Assembly (NCBI RefSeq): GCF_902652985.1
Contig: NC_047024.1
Location: 24,986,001 to 25,050,000 of the forward strand
Origin: Pecten maximus
Taxonomy: Eukaryota
Direction of reading: 5' to 3'
DNA length: 64,000 bases
Below, one piece after another: positions 62,961 through 64,000 of the stretch (its first letter is position 1; each line of letters opens with the position of its first letter). The position numbers and the translations under genes were made by a program. The notes beneath the pieces were generated by a model. It saw only the letters and a list, made by a program, of their open reading frames with translations. It searched no databases and was not told the DNA's origin.

Positions 62961-64000
62961 ACTATACATCATAAACAGTATATTTTTTTCTGTTAACTTT
63001 ACACACATACCTTGTCTGTTGAATGGCCATAATTGTGGATATAAAACCAGTTAAATGATTAAATAGATGTACAAATTCTTCTTAGTCATTATAAATGATC
63101 TATTATTACAGGTAACATGATTATTATATACAGTATAGGTGTTTACCTGTCACCAATAGGTACGGTGACGTTACTGTGATGGTACCAACTATAATCCCGT
63201 ACCTTGAGGTGTCTGTAATGTTTCCGATACTAGCTCTACCAATCAGCGTGTACACCAGGTAACCTCGGGGTCAGTTTTAGTGTTTATAATGGAGACACAA
63301 TAAAGTAACAAACAATTATATTGACCCTTGCTCACAATGACTGGGAGTTTCATTTATTTACACCAGATTTGCCATCTAACATGTGTTAGCTCTGGGTTTT
63401 TATCTTTAATTCTTAATCATGTTAATATTGGAAAAAAACATTGACCTGGCATTACTAGATGTATAAGAGGTAAAAGATGTTTATCAATATTTTTGAAATA
63501 TTGAATGTAAGATGCACATCTTTGTAATGTGAATAAAAAATATATATGGGGTTAACAAGTAGAGTCTGTCTAACTCTGGTAGTATTTCTGTGAAAAAAAA
63601 GTAATTTCAATGTTGATACTGTTTGATACTTTGTAAGTTAATGTTATGCATTAAGACATAGCATACAATTATTAAGTGACCTATGCTAACTGACCACCTC
63701 TGTAAAGTGACCACCTCTATTAAGAGACAACCACTCTTTATGACCACCTCTGTCATCCATTAACTGACTAACTTACAACATAAATTAACAGTAAGTTGAA
63801 GTTGGAGAGACATAATTGTTCTGTTTGACTATTGTAACATAACCATCTGTATGATTCAGATCTGTGAGCCAGACAGAATTGTCCAGTCCTAATATACATA
63901 GGGATGTCTAAGTCTGATGACCAGGAACTCTACGTCTGATGGCCAGGAACCTATTTAACAATATTCTGACACACTGTGGGACACAGTATATTGGTAGATA

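Overview
Eukaryotic, AT-rich, intron-rich animal DNA. The SINE, HINE and Penelope repeat content suggests a bivalve mollusc (inference). The window holds two paralogous phospholipase C-like (PLCL/PRIP family) genes in convergent, tail-to-tail arrangement. Gene A (+) is 5'-truncated by the window, with 18 exons traced from 3737 to the stop at 21781. Gene B (-) appears complete, with 27 exons from ATG 60244 to the stop at 36480; the exon lengths sum to 3126 nt (1041 aa plus stop). Exon boundaries were read by hand from splice signals and reading-frame continuity. The most unusual signal is that many intronic tandem arrays are amplified copies of the adjacent exon/intron junction itself, giving arrays of intact or near-intact splice donors or acceptors. 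This includes arrays at the same homologous intron (SSHNT|Y) in both paralogs, with different unit lengths and each matching its own gene. Also notable: a U12-type AT-AC intron and an 18-nt micro-exon in gene B, largely retained catalytic residues in a family whose vertebrate members are inactive, and an 88-bp-arm perfect palindrome with a hammerhead-like core. Most ORF-track entries are spurious products of repeats.
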